Shown here: one piece after another, positions 1-9,593 of the stretch
Position numbering within the stretch: the first letter of the stretch is position 1
Layout of the letters: each line of letters begins with the position of its first letter
Assembly: GCA_963739455.1 (NCBI GenBank)
Contig: CAVUAK010000001.1
Span: forward strand, 1,568,001-1,632,000
Length of the DNA stretch: 64,000 bases
Source: an uncultured Gemmatimonadales bacterium
GTDB taxonomy: Bacteria; Gemmatimonadota; Gemmatimonadetes; Gemmatimonadales; GWC2-71-9
Direction of reading: 5' to 3'
Translations under genes and position numbers: made by a program
Notes under the pieces: model-generated
The model's database searches: none
Told to the model about the DNA's origin: nothing
What the model saw: only the letters and a program-made list of their open reading frames with translations

Positions 1-1142
1 GCGAGCTGGTCGCCCGTGTGATCGCGGCCCAGCGAGGCCTGTCCAGGAAGTGCCTCGTCCTCGACCTCGACAACACCTTGTGGGGTGGTGTCATTGGTGA
101 CGATGGGATCGGCGGCATCGTGCTCGGTGAGGGGAGCGCGGCTGGCGAGGCACACCTCGCACTGCAACGCTACGCACGTCAGCTGGGCGAGCGCGGCGTC
201 ATCCTGGCCGTTTGTTCGAAGAACGATCCCGCCATCGCAGAGGCAGCTTTTCGCGATCATCCAGAGATGGTGCTCCGGCCGCCAGATATCGCGGTCTTCA
301 TCGCCAACTGGGAAGACAAGGCGGTGAACCTGAAGCGCATTGCGTCTCGACTTAACATCGGCGTAGACAGCCTGGTGTTTGTCGACGACAATCCGGCGGA
401 GCGCGACCGGGTCAGGCAGGCCCTGCCGGGAGTAGCGGTGCCAGAATTACCGGGCGACGTTGCGGGCTATGTGGGGTGTCTCGCCGATGCAGGCTACTTC
501 GAGGCGATTGCCTTTACCACCGAGGATCGGCAGCGCGGCGAACAGTATGCGGCCAACGCAGCTCGAGAGGCCCTGCTGGAAGCATCAGGCGGCATGGATG
601 AATACCTGCGCAGCCTGGGCATGGTACTCGATCATGCACCCTTCCAGGATGTGGACCAGGCGCGCGTTACGCAGCTCATCAACAAGACGAACCAGTTCAA
701 CCCCACGACGCGCCGCTACACCCAGAAGGAGGTATCCGCGGTGAGCACGTCGCCCGTTTGCCTCACACTGCAGCTTCGGCTCGCTGATCGCTTCGGTGAC
801 AACGGGCTCGTGAGTGCACTCATCCTGCAGCCAGTCGAGGGACGGGCGGATCAACTCGAGATGGATACGTGGGTAATGAGTTGCCGCGTCTTCGGGCGCC
901 AACTCGAGCACGAGGCGCTCAACCTGGTGGTGGAAGCGGCCCGTTCGCGCGGCGTAACGTCACTGCGGGCGGACTACCTGCCCACCGCAAAGAACGGCGT
1001 CGTCGGCGACCTTTACCCCCGTCTCGGGTTCCGCGCCGCGGAAGAGGTCGCGTCCGTCCCCGGGGCGACCCGGTGGGTCCTGGATCTGGCGGACTATGCG
1101 CCGCTGTCCAGTCACATTGTTCGCAAGGGAGGCTCGGCATGA
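1..1142 (+). CDS. fkbH: FkbH-like HAD-IIIC phosphatase/glyceryl-ACP transferase (5' truncated by window edge)
   Basis: Motifs LDLDNTLWGG, CSKN, FVDDNPAER, NKTNQFN, DRFGDNG, MSCRVFGR. The frame is open to the left edge. Confidence 0.93.
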   Translation, partial: ELVARVIAAQRGLSRKCLVLDLDNTLWGGVIGDDGIGGIVLGEGSAAGEAHLALQRYARQLGERGVILAVCSKNDPAIAEAAFRDHPEMVLRPPDIAVFIANWEDKAVNLKRIASRLNIGVDSLVFVDDNPAERDRVRQALPGVAVPELPGDVAGYVGCLADAGYFEAIAFTTEDRQRGEQYAANAAREALLEASGGMDEYLRSLGMVLDHAPFQDVDQARVTQLINKTNQFNPTTRRYTQKEVSAVSTSPVCLTLQLRLADRFGDNGLVSALILQPVEGRADQLEMDTWVMSCRVFGRQLEHEALNLVVEAARSRGVTSLRADYLPTAKNGVVGDLYPRLGFRAAEEVASVPGATRWVLDLADYAPLSSHIVRKGGSA

Positions 1143-1381
1143 CGGAGGAGGAGATCCTTGAACGTTACACCCGGCTCTTGCGCGACCTGCTCTTGGATGA
1201 GTCGATCGTGCTGGGGATGGACACGCGCCGCGATGAAGTCACAGGCTGGGATTCCTTCACCTACGTGAACTTCATTGTCACAGCGGAAATGGAGTTCGGT
1301 GTCAAGTTCGGGGTGGCGGAGATCGAGTCCTTTGAGAATGTCGGTGCGGTCGTTCGCCGCACCAAGGCATTGCTCGGCTGA
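1139..1381 (+). CDS. Acyl carrier protein (80 aa)
   Basis: MTEEEILERY...GWDSFTYVNF...EFGVKF. ATG overlaps the fkbH stop (ATGA), and its own stop overlaps the MBOAT start. Confidence 0.9.
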   Translation: MTEEEILERYTRLLRDLLLDESIVLGMDTRRDEVTGWDSFTYVNFIVTAEMEFGVKFGVAEIESFENVGAVVRRTKALLG

Positions 1382-3009
1382 TGCTCTTCAACAGCTACGA
1401 GTTCATCTTCGTCTTCCTGCCGCTTACACTGGCGTGCTACTTCTTGCTTGGTCGCCGGTCCCGGGGTGGGGCGCTGCGATGGATCATCCTGGCGTCGCTC
1501 GGCTTCTATGCCTGGTGGCGGCCGGTCAACGTACTGATTATCGCGCCTTCCATCCTCATCAATTTCGCCCTGGCGCGGATGCTTCAGCGCTTGGTGCGAG
1601 ATGGGCACGCGAGCAGGGCGCGGGCCGTGCTGATAGTCGGGCTCATCTTCAACGTGGCCTTCCTGGGCTACTTCAAGTACGCCAATTTTGCGACGGACGT
1701 CGTGAACGACGTGACGGGTACGAACTTTGTCTTGGCCCGAATCATCCTGCCGCTCGGCCTCTCGTTCATCACCTTCCAGAAGATTGCCTTCCTCATCGAC
1801 GTGCACGCCAGGCGCGTTGAGGAATTTTCGCTGCAGGATTACTGCCTGTTCGTCCTGTTCTTCCCGCAGCTGATCGCGGGTCCGATCGTGCACTACCGCG
1901 AGATGATGCCGCAGTTCCAGAAGCTTTCTGGGCGGCCCGAGCCGATGGACTTCGCGGTCGGCCTGACCCTCTTTGCCTTTGGTCTCTTCAAAAAGGTTGT
2001 TCTCGCCGACCGCATCGCACCGATGGTCAGCGAGATCTTCGGCCATGCGGCGACGGGGGCTCCTACCACGCTTCTGACGTCCTGGCTGGCGGCGATCGGG
2101 TTCACCTTCCAGATCTACTTCGATTTTGCCGGCTATTCCGACATGGCGCTCGGACTTGCCCGCCTCTTCGGCGTGCGATTCCCGCCGAACTTCGATTCCC
2201 CCCTCAAGGCGTCGAACATCGTCGACTTCTGGCTGCGCTGGCACATGACGCTGACGCGGTTCCTGACGGGCTACCTCTACAACCCGCTGGCGCTGGCGCT
2301 CACGCGGCGGCGGCTGGCGGCGGGACATGCTGGTCTGTTGGGCGGTCGCACGTCGGTCTGGGCGTTCATGCAGTTGCTCGTATTCCCCACATTGCTGACG
2401 ATGCTCGTCTCGGGGTTCTGGCATGGCGCGGGGTATCTGTTCCTGCTGTGGGGACTCCTGCACGGCGTCTACCTGTCCATCAACCACGCGTGGCGAATGT
2501 TTGGGGTCAGGCAATTCCGTGACAAGGCGCGCTATCTCCGCATCATGAAGCCCATCGGTTTCGCGCTCACATTCGGCTGTGTCGTTGTCTCGATGGTGAT
2601 CTTCCGGTCCGACAATCTTTTGTCAGCGCACTCGATGCTCATCGGGATGACGGGCCTGAGTGGTATCGCACTGCCCGATGCCATCCACAGCCGGCTCGGT
2701 CCACTGGCCGGCATCATGGACAAGCTCGGGGTAACGGGCAAGCTCGAAGTCGATGTAGACCTCCGGCTCATGGTGGTAAAGGTCGGCCTCCTCGGCTTCA
2801 TCGCGCTGCTTTGTCCGAATACCCTGCGCCTCATGGCGCGCTACGAGCCGGCGCTCGGCATCGGACCTGAGCCCACCGAGCGTCTGTTACGTTCGGGTCG
2901 CTTCGCCTGGCGCCCGTCCCTGGCCTGGGCACTCGTGGCGTGCGCGGTGATGGCGCTTGGCGTAATGCGGCTGGGCGGTCGGAGCGAGTTTCTCTACTGG
3001 CAATTCTAG
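1381..3009 (+). CDS. MBOAT family O-acyltransferase (AlgI/DltB-like)
   Basis: MLFNSYEF, PLGLSFITFQ, FFPQLIAGPI, DFAGYSDMA, FWLRWHMTL, SGFWHG (catalytic His), C-terminal FLYWQF. Confidence 0.93.
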   Translation: MLFNSYEFIFVFLPLTLACYFLLGRRSRGGALRWIILASLGFYAWWRPVNVLIIAPSILINFALARMLQRLVRDGHASRARAVLIVGLIFNVAFLGYFKYANFATDVVNDVTGTNFVLARIILPLGLSFITFQKIAFLIDVHARRVEEFSLQDYCLFVLFFPQLIAGPIVHYREMMPQFQKLSGRPEPMDFAVGLTLFAFGLFKKVVLADRIAPMVSEIFGHAATGAPTTLLTSWLAAIGFTFQIYFDFAGYSDMALGLARLFGVRFPPNFDSPLKASNIVDFWLRWHMTLTRFLTGYLYNPLALALTRRRLAAGHAGLLGGRTSVWAFMQLLVFPTLLTMLVSGFWHGAGYLFLLWGLLHGVYLSINHAWRMFGVRQFRDKARYLRIMKPIGFALTFGCVVVSMVIFRSDNLLSAHSMLIGMTGLSGIALPDAIHSRLGPLAGIMDKLGVTGKLEVDVDLRLMVVKVGLLGFIALLCPNTLRLMARYEPALGIGPEPTERLLRSGRFAWRPSLAWALVACAVMALGVMRLGGRSEFLYWQF

Positions 3010-5246
3010 TGGCGAGTGCTCCCCGGACCCGGGATATCAAAGACGAAGAGCACCGATCCCGCTGCGATGGCGAGGCGCAACCTCCCGTCAACGCGGAAGA
3101 CAATTGGCGCGCCGCGGATGGGTGCACCGAGGTTGGCATGCCAGACCCGCTCCCCGCTCAGGGCATCGAGGGCGAAGAAGGTGTGACTCTGGCCCCCGAG
3201 GACAATCCGGTCCCCGATGGCGAGAAGGCCACCGGTGGTTTCGGCTCGATTCTCGAACGCGGGCGTTCTCCATCGAATGCGCCCCGAGGCGAGGTCGAGG
3301 CCTACGACCGAGAGCGGGCGGTTCTCACCCGGAATCGGCTGCGTGCGTCCGCCGGCGTACTGGCCGTCCTCGGTGAGGATCGTGGAGTCCCTAAAGAAGA
3401 TGGATCCACCCTCCTGGATGGCCACGAACATCAGGCCGAGTCGGCTGCTGTAGGTCGCTGGCCACCAGCTGGTCGCGCCGGCAATGCCGGGGTACACCGC
3501 GGCGCCCCGGATCGTTGGCCGTGATGAAGGACGGACCTTCGGTCGGCCCGATGGCTCGAAGCCGTAGTTCCAGGTCTGGCGCGTGAAGGGAGTCGCCCGG
3601 AGAAACTCTCCCGTCGTGCGGTCCAGGACGTAGAAGAACCCGTTCCGGTTGGCCCAGAGAAGCAGGGCACGGTTCTGGCCCTGCCAAGGAGCGTCCACAA
3701 GAATCGGGATCTGGCTGGCATCCCAGTCGTTCGCATCCGACGGCGTGAACTGGAAGGCCCAGCGAAGCTTGCCCGTGTCGATATCCAGGGCGATGGCGGA
3801 ACTGGTGTAAAGATTGTCGCCAGGGCGGACGTCGGGTGCGAAGCCGGGCGCGGGATTCCCGACGCCCCAATAGAGGAGCCGGCGCACCGGGTCGTACGCA
3901 CCGGGCACCCAGGTGGCTCCGCCGCGTGGCGCTGCGGCAGCCGGAGGCCAGGTCTCGCGCCCCGGTTCGCCTGCCTGGGGAAGGGTGTGAAAACGCCAGA
4001 GGCGTTGGCCGGTCCGCGGTTCGTAAGCATCCAGGAATGCGCTCGCTCCGAGGTCACCGCCCCCGACGCCGACTATGAGGTGGCCATCCACGACGAGTGG
4101 GGCGCTTGTGATGCTGATTCCGTCGGCGGCTTTGCCGACGGCCACATCCCATTGCTTACGCCCGGTGGCAAGGTCCAAGGCTATTAGGTGGGCATCCAGC
4201 GTGCCGACGAAGACGAGCGTGTCCAGCACGGCGACACCGCGATTACTGCGCGTGCAGCAGAGGCGTGGTGAGGCCATCGGCTCACGAGCGAACCGCCACA
4301 CGACGTTTCCGGTTCGCTGGTCGAGGGCAAGAACTTCCTGTGCCGAGGTAACGATCAGGAGCCCGCGTATCGCGAGGGGCGTTGTCTGTGATGGGGAAGG
4401 ATCGGCGGAGAACTGATGAGCCCAGAGGAGATGCATCTGACCCAGGGACTCGGTCGTGAGCTCTGGCACGTCGCGATTGCGCTGACCGGAAAATCCACCG
4501 GTGTAGCTCAACCATTCCGCTGTGTTGGTGTCCGCGCCGGCGAGCTCAAGCATGGTCACCGGAACCGCTTTCCGTCGGCCAGCCCCCGCCTCGCGGCCGC
4601 CGGGGTCGCGCTGCAGTTCGCGAAGGTAGGCGATGACCTTCCAGGTGTCGATGAACGAGAGGCCGGTCGGCGCCATGGCAGTCGACGGAATGCCGTCCTG
4701 CAGCACACGGAACACGGCCCAGTCATTTGCGCTGCGGTGTCGCGGACCCTCTGCGAGGGCCGGCCCATGACCGCCTTCCCCGCTCGAGCCATGGCACTGG
4801 GCGCAATGCGTCGCGAAGATCTGCCTGCCGGCGTCGGTTTCGGATGCCAGTTGGTCGGGCAGGGAGAGCGCGGCGCTCGGGTTGAGGCTATTCTCCAGAG
4901 CGGCCAGGTCAAAGCCACGCCGGGTCGTGAGGAGCTCGAGCAGTTCACGCGGGCGCACGCCGGGGAGTTGGCCCGCGAGCTTCAGGGCACCGAGATGAAT
5001 TCGGAGGCGGACTTTGGTTGGCGCTGCCCATCCGAGGATCGCGATGATCGCCAGCGCGAGCATGACCCAGCGCAGGCTCCGGAGTTGACGCTTGGGGCCA
5101 GAAAAAGTCGCCAGCGAACGGTCTCCGGTCTCGGTCACTTTGGCCGTGCCTGCAAGTCCTGTTCCCGGTGTTTGTCGAATGGCATGCTGTTGAGCCCATC
5201 GTCCCGCCGTGCTGCCCGTGGGAGTGCGCACTAGTGCGCATCGCAA
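3006..5246 (-). CDS. Membrane-anchored cytochrome c + PQQ-dependent alcohol-dehydrogenase-family fusion (true start probably ~5138 or later)
   Basis: N-terminal hydrophobic segment, CAQCH heme motif, W-repeat beta-propeller, vicinal CC (CCTRSNRG), GNP, DNLYT, NDWD, NRNGFFY. Confidence 0.85.
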   Translation of the reverse strand: MRCALVRTPTGSTAGRWAQQHAIRQTPGTGLAGTAKVTETGDRSLATFSGPKRQLRSLRWVMLALAIIAILGWAAPTKVRLRIHLGALKLAGQLPGVRPRELLELLTTRRGFDLAALENSLNPSAALSLPDQLASETDAGRQIFATHCAQCHGSSGEGGHGPALAEGPRHRSANDWAVFRVLQDGIPSTAMAPTGLSFIDTWKVIAYLRELQRDPGGREAGAGRRKAVPVTMLELAGADTNTAEWLSYTGGFSGQRNRDVPELTTESLGQMHLLWAHQFSADPSPSQTTPLAIRGLLIVTSAQEVLALDQRTGNVVWRFAREPMASPRLCCTRSNRGVAVLDTLVFVGTLDAHLIALDLATGRKQWDVAVGKAADGISITSAPLVVDGHLIVGVGGGDLGASAFLDAYEPRTGQRLWRFHTLPQAGEPGRETWPPAAAAPRGGATWVPGAYDPVRRLLYWGVGNPAPGFAPDVRPGDNLYTSSAIALDIDTGKLRWAFQFTPSDANDWDASQIPILVDAPWQGQNRALLLWANRNGFFYVLDRTTGEFLRATPFTRQTWNYGFEPSGRPKVRPSSRPTIRGAAVYPGIAGATSWWPATYSSRLGLMFVAIQEGGSIFFRDSTILTEDGQYAGGRTQPIPGENRPLSVVGLDLASGRIRWRTPAFENRAETTGGLLAIGDRIVLGGQSHTFFALDALSGERVWHANLGAPIRGAPIVFRVDGRLRLAIAAGSVLFVFDIPGPGSTRH

Positions 5247-6460
5247 TCCTCACGGCCGGATTTCCGGTGCTCTCCGAGACATTTATCGTTGACCACATTG
5301 TTGGGCTGTCGCAGCGTGGGCACTCCGTTGACGTCTACCCGTCGGAGCTGGTGCCCCATCAGGAAAGCGCGTGCGATGCGCAATGTACGGCCGCGATGCG
5401 GCTCGTTCGTCGGCCATCAAACGAAAACCTCCCTCCACATTCAAGGGCGGCCCTGGTTGGCCGTGCGTGGCTGAGTTGTTCCGCGTCCGAGCGGCGTGCC
5501 TTGACTTCTACGATCATGGAGGAATGGCGCGTTGGCGGTCGTGTGCAACTGCGAATCGCGACGCGGGCGGTCGCTTTCCTGCCGAGGCGCCGGTTCGACG
5601 TGATACACTGCCACTTCGGTGACATTGGAGAGAGGGCGGCCCAGCTCGCGCGCTTGGGCGTGCTCGATGGCCCGATCGTGACCTCCTTTCATGGCTATGA
5701 TGTCTCGTCGTTGCCTCGTGCTGTGGGTCCGAATCTCTATCGAGAGTTGTTCGTGCGAGGTGCCGCCTTTGTCGCGGTGAGCGGTCATGTGCGCAACAGG
5801 CTACTGCAGCTGAACGCGCCTCCGGATAAGACTCTCGTCATTCGGCTTGGGATTGACCTCGAGCGATTTCGTGTCACCGATACTCCGGGGAACGATGCTC
5901 GGCCGACGCGGCTGGTGAGCGTGGGGCGCATGGTTGACAAGAAGGGGCATGACACGGCGATACGTGCCGTGGTGCGGGCCCGCGCGCTGGGCGCCGCTGT
6001 CGAGCTCACGGTAATCGGCGACGGCCCCAAGCGCGCGGAACTGGAGGCGCTGATCGCGGAGCTCGACTGCAGTTCAATGGTGTCACTCCTCGGTGCGGCG
6101 CCGCGCGCCACCGTGCAGGAGGTGTTGGGTCGCTGCCATGCCTTCCTCATGGCCAGTCGGACCGCCGCCGATGGTGATCAGGAGGGGCTACCCGTCGCCC
6201 TGATGGAGGCTATGGCGCGAGGCCTGCCTGTGGTGGCAACGCGGCACGGTGCCATTCCGGAGCTGGTCGAGGACGGGGTCTCGGGTCTCCTCGCCGATGA
6301 AGATGATGTCGAAGGCCTGGCAACGAGCATTGCCAGACTGGCACGAAGCCCAAGTGAGCGCCGGACCATGGGGCGTGCCGCGCGCGTCGCGGTTTCACGT
6401 CAGCACGACGCGACCCGGCAACTCGACGAGCTGGAGCGCTTGTACCGGACTCTCGCATGA
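5234..6460 (+). CDS. Glycosyltransferase family 4 (WcaL-like)
   Basis: FPVLSETFI, HCHFG, FHGYD, VGRMVDKKG, GDQEGLPVALMEAMA. GTG start at 5234. Confidence 0.9.
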   Translation: MRIAILTAGFPVLSETFIVDHIVGLSQRGHSVDVYPSELVPHQESACDAQCTAAMRLVRRPSNENLPPHSRAALVGRAWLSCSASERRALTSTIMEEWRVGGRVQLRIATRAVAFLPRRRFDVIHCHFGDIGERAAQLARLGVLDGPIVTSFHGYDVSSLPRAVGPNLYRELFVRGAAFVAVSGHVRNRLLQLNAPPDKTLVIRLGIDLERFRVTDTPGNDARPTRLVSVGRMVDKKGHDTAIRAVVRARALGAAVELTVIGDGPKRAELEALIAELDCSSMVSLLGAAPRATVQEVLGRCHAFLMASRTAADGDQEGLPVALMEAMARGLPVVATRHGAIPELVEDGVSGLLADEDDVEGLATSIARLARSPSERRTMGRAARVAVSRQHDATRQLDELERLYRTLA

Positions 6461-8037
6461 TCTCGAAACGCGACCGACTGGACCATGCGTTCCTTTCGGG
6501 CGTCGCCTGGCTCGGCACGCTTCGTTGGGCAAGCCAGATGTCGTCCTGGGTCATCACGATCTGGGTTGCGCGGCTCCTCGGTCCCTCTGCGTATGGGATC
6601 GCGGGGATGGCCATGGTCGTCATCGGCCTTGCCGCGGTGCTGGTTGACTTCGGGCTCGGTGCGGCCGTGATCGCGTTGCCCGAGCAGCAGCGTCGGGCCC
6701 AGCAGCAGCTGCATGGCGCCGCGATCATGCTCGGTGTGTTGGGGATGGGGGCGGTGGCTGCAGCAGGTCCGGCCGTGGGGCGCTTCTACGGTGACTCGCG
6801 CGTCACGAGCGTACTGGTATGGCTCAGTCTCACCTTCGTTGTTGATGGGCTGCGCACTGTCCCGGCCGCCATCCTGACGAAGCAGCTGAAATACCGTGCT
6901 GTTGCCATCTCCGAGCTCGCGCGAACACTCGTGGCCAACATCACCACGCTGGCCTGGGCGCTCTTCCATCCAACATACTGGGCGCTGGTCGCAGGTGCCC
7001 TGGCCGGCTCGGTCGCCGCCACCATCTCCATTCTCTTCCGAGACCCCATCAGGCCGCGCTGGCCTGACCTTCACGAAGCTGAGGAGGCGTTGCGGTACAG
7101 CCGGCGCCTGCTGGTCGGTCGCTTGGCATGGTACGGCTATACGAGCTCTGACGCACTGATCGCCGGCAAGCTGCTGGGTGCACCCGCACTCGGTTCCTAT
7201 TCCTGGGCGATGAACGTGGCCCTGCTCCCCTCGGAAAAGATTACGGCGATTGTCACGAGCGCCTCACTCGCCGCGTTTGCGGCCGTCCAGGATGATGTCG
7301 CGCAGTTGCGTCGCTACTTCAGCGGGCTAACGGCCGGGCTCTCTCTCGTGATGTTCCCGACGTGTGCTGGCCTCGCCTTGGTGAGTCCCGAACTCGTGCG
7401 CACCCTTGTTGGCGCGAAATGGGACGCGGCGATCGTCCCGCTGCAGTTGCTCGCGGTTTACTCCATCTTCCGTTCAGTCACGACATTGCTGTCGCAAGTG
7501 CTCAACGTATCCGGGCAGGCAAGGTTTACCATGTGGAACGGCTTGGCCATTCTCGCGGTGCTGCCTCCATGCTTTCTGGTCGGGTCACGACTGGCAGGAA
7601 TCAATGGCATCGCCGCGGCATGGCTCGTCACGTTTCCGCTGGTCGTCGGGCCAATCCTGTTTCGCACACTACGGACTGTAGAGATGCCGCTCTTGGGCTA
7701 CTTGGTCCTCTTCCGGCCTGCGGCGCTCTCCACCCTCGTCATGGCCATAGTCGTGTGGGTTGCTGGGCTGGCCCTCGCGACGCGGCTTGCCGAAGCGCCG
7801 CGACTCTTGGCCCTGTCTTCCCTCGGTGCCTTCACGTACGCGGCGTTCCTGTGGGGCGCCTTTCCCAATACCTGGCGCACCTACGCTGGCGTCGCTCGCC
7901 GGATGATCGGGTCCCTGCGCCCATCGGCGACACCGGGGCGTGTTCCCAATGAGGTGGGAGTACCGGGGTCAAGCGAACTCACATCTGGTCTCAATGTGGT
8001 GGGCGACACCGGGAAGGCAGAACAACCAGCAGCGTGA
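6457..8037 (+). CDS. Wzx-type polysaccharide flippase (WzxC-like)
   Basis: ARLLGPSAYG, DFGLGAA, DALIAGKLLGAPALGSY, GAKWDAA. About 12-14 hydrophobic segments. Confidence 0.88.
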   Translation: MISKRDRLDHAFLSGVAWLGTLRWASQMSSWVITIWVARLLGPSAYGIAGMAMVVIGLAAVLVDFGLGAAVIALPEQQRRAQQQLHGAAIMLGVLGMGAVAAAGPAVGRFYGDSRVTSVLVWLSLTFVVDGLRTVPAAILTKQLKYRAVAISELARTLVANITTLAWALFHPTYWALVAGALAGSVAATISILFRDPIRPRWPDLHEAEEALRYSRRLLVGRLAWYGYTSSDALIAGKLLGAPALGSYSWAMNVALLPSEKITAIVTSASLAAFAAVQDDVAQLRRYFSGLTAGLSLVMFPTCAGLALVSPELVRTLVGAKWDAAIVPLQLLAVYSIFRSVTTLLSQVLNVSGQARFTMWNGLAILAVLPPCFLVGSRLAGINGIAAAWLVTFPLVVGPILFRTLRTVEMPLLGYLVLFRPAALSTLVMAIVVWVAGLALATRLAEAPRLLALSSLGAFTYAAFLWGAFPNTWRTYAGVARRMIGSLRPSATPGRVPNEVGVPGSSELTSGLNVVGDTGKAEQPAA

Positions 8038-8067
8038 AGCTGGCTACGACGCGCCGCTGGCGCCGAC

Positions 8068-9312
8068 CTATCGAACGCGGGCGAGCAACTTGTTGCGATA
8101 CCTGTTGAAAGCATCGTGCCATGTGAAATCGCTCGTGACCCGCTCCCTTGCCTTAAGGGCCAGGTCGTGCTGTAGCGGTGGATCTGTCAAGAGCTGCAGG
8201 ATGGCGGCGGCCATGGCATGGGGATCCTCCGATGGAATGAGCACCCCCGTAACGCCGGGCACGATAATCTCGGGGATGCCTCCCACACGTGTCGCGATGA
8301 CGGGCACTGAGAAGTAGCCGGCCTCCAGCAACACGATTCCGAAGGGCTCCTGGCGGGAGCTCAGGACCATCAAAACCGCGCCCCTGATGGTGGCGAGAGC
8401 ATCGGGATGTTCGGCGTCCAATATGAATTCAACGGCATCGGTGAGTCCGAGGTCGCCCGCGAGCCGCCGCAATGCCTCAAGCTCAGGTCCGGACCCGCCT
8501 AGCATCGCCAGCCTGAGCTCGGTCTGCGTCTTCCGAACCTCAGCAAACGCGTTCAGGAGGATGTCGAGTCCCTTCTTTCGCTCAAACTTGGCCACGCTGA
8601 CGAGATAGCGGCTCCCTGCCAGGCGCGACGAAAGGCGCCCGCGCTCCACCTCCGCGTCCAGGCGCACGGGATCGATGCCGTTGTGAACAACTTCTACATC
8701 GTATTCGCGCCCCGCCGCCTCGAGGAGACGGCGACGCAAGTTGTCTGAACAGCAGGTAATACCATCTGCCGAGTGCAGGAGGAGCCGCCACCAGTACCGA
8801 ATAATGGCAGATCCAGTCTCGAGTTCCGTGAGGTCTGCTCCATGAAACGAGAGGATGAAGGCTCCCGCCGGGCAGGCGAGGCGGTAGGCCCAAAGCAGCG
8901 TGAGCGCGGACAGGTCGGGGAAATGCACATTGACCGCGGCGGGTCGGCTCGCCTGCAAAAGGCGAAAGAGCTTCCACCCTGCTACCGGGAGTCGGATGGG
9001 AAGCGTCAACAGGTGCCGCAGTGTCCGAGCGCTGTGCCAGGGGCTCACCCATCGTAGGTGCACATGTTCAACGCCATCATACCGCGAATGGACCGGATGT
9101 CCTGCTTCCCACTCGTTGAACAAGACGACGACCGTGGTGTCAGAGGCCCGCAATGCCTGTACTATGAGGTTGCGAAGCACCTCACTGACCCCACCCGGAA
9201 CATTCAGGCTCCATGGCGCGACGAGAAAGATGGTGGGTGGCTGCTGTGCGGTGCCTGGGCGGTTGTCCTGCGCGGGGACCGTACTGGAGCGCTCGTTGCT
9301 GGGCTGGGTCAA
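8068..9312 (-). CDS. Glycosyltransferase family 4
   Basis: PGGV, FHGAD, HNGID, KKGLDILL, EPFGIVLLEA, TRVGGIPEI. Confidence 0.9.
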   Translation of the reverse strand: MTQPSNERSSTVPAQDNRPGTAQQPPTIFLVAPWSLNVPGGVSEVLRNLIVQALRASDTTVVVLFNEWEAGHPVHSRYDGVEHVHLRWVSPWHSARTLRHLLTLPIRLPVAGWKLFRLLQASRPAAVNVHFPDLSALTLLWAYRLACPAGAFILSFHGADLTELETGSAIIRYWWRLLLHSADGITCCSDNLRRRLLEAAGREYDVEVVHNGIDPVRLDAEVERGRLSSRLAGSRYLVSVAKFERKKGLDILLNAFAEVRKTQTELRLAMLGGSGPELEALRRLAGDLGLTDAVEFILDAEHPDALATIRGAVLMVLSSRQEPFGIVLLEAGYFSVPVIATRVGGIPEIIVPGVTGVLIPSEDPHAMAAAILQLLTDPPLQHDLALKARERVTSDFTWHDAFNRYRNKLLARVR

Positions 9313-9593
9313 ACAAGAACTCCTCTCACAGGCACCTGGCAGTCACGAACCCCTCGGATCTCGGTATACTATCGGGGATCGTCAGACCAAGCCAAACACT
9401 AACAGGGCGATGAGCTTAGGTCATGATCCGTGCCGTTGCTCCCCGTCCGTGCGCGGACCCAGTGACCGTCGGAGTTCCGTCTTGGCTGCCGTTTGGATGC
9501 ATCAGTTTTCGTGCCATACGTGGCGCATCCGCGGCATCTACCCATGACCGGGTTTCATTACCGATTTTTGCTGTGCCAAGGTCAGGTACTGAG

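Noticed and set aside
1261..2514. Long antisense/alternate-frame ORFs (e.g. 1261..2514, 43490..44776, 48976..50139)
   Set aside because: Shadow ORFs typical of high-GC DNA overlapping well-supported genes, with no motifs.
9521..9536. Further sigma-54-like matches (TGGCGCA-TCCG-CGGCA at 9521; AGGGTAT-TTGA-TTGCG on the minus strand near 18091-18106)
   Set aside because: The spacing is right but one half-site is poor, so they cannot be told from chance.
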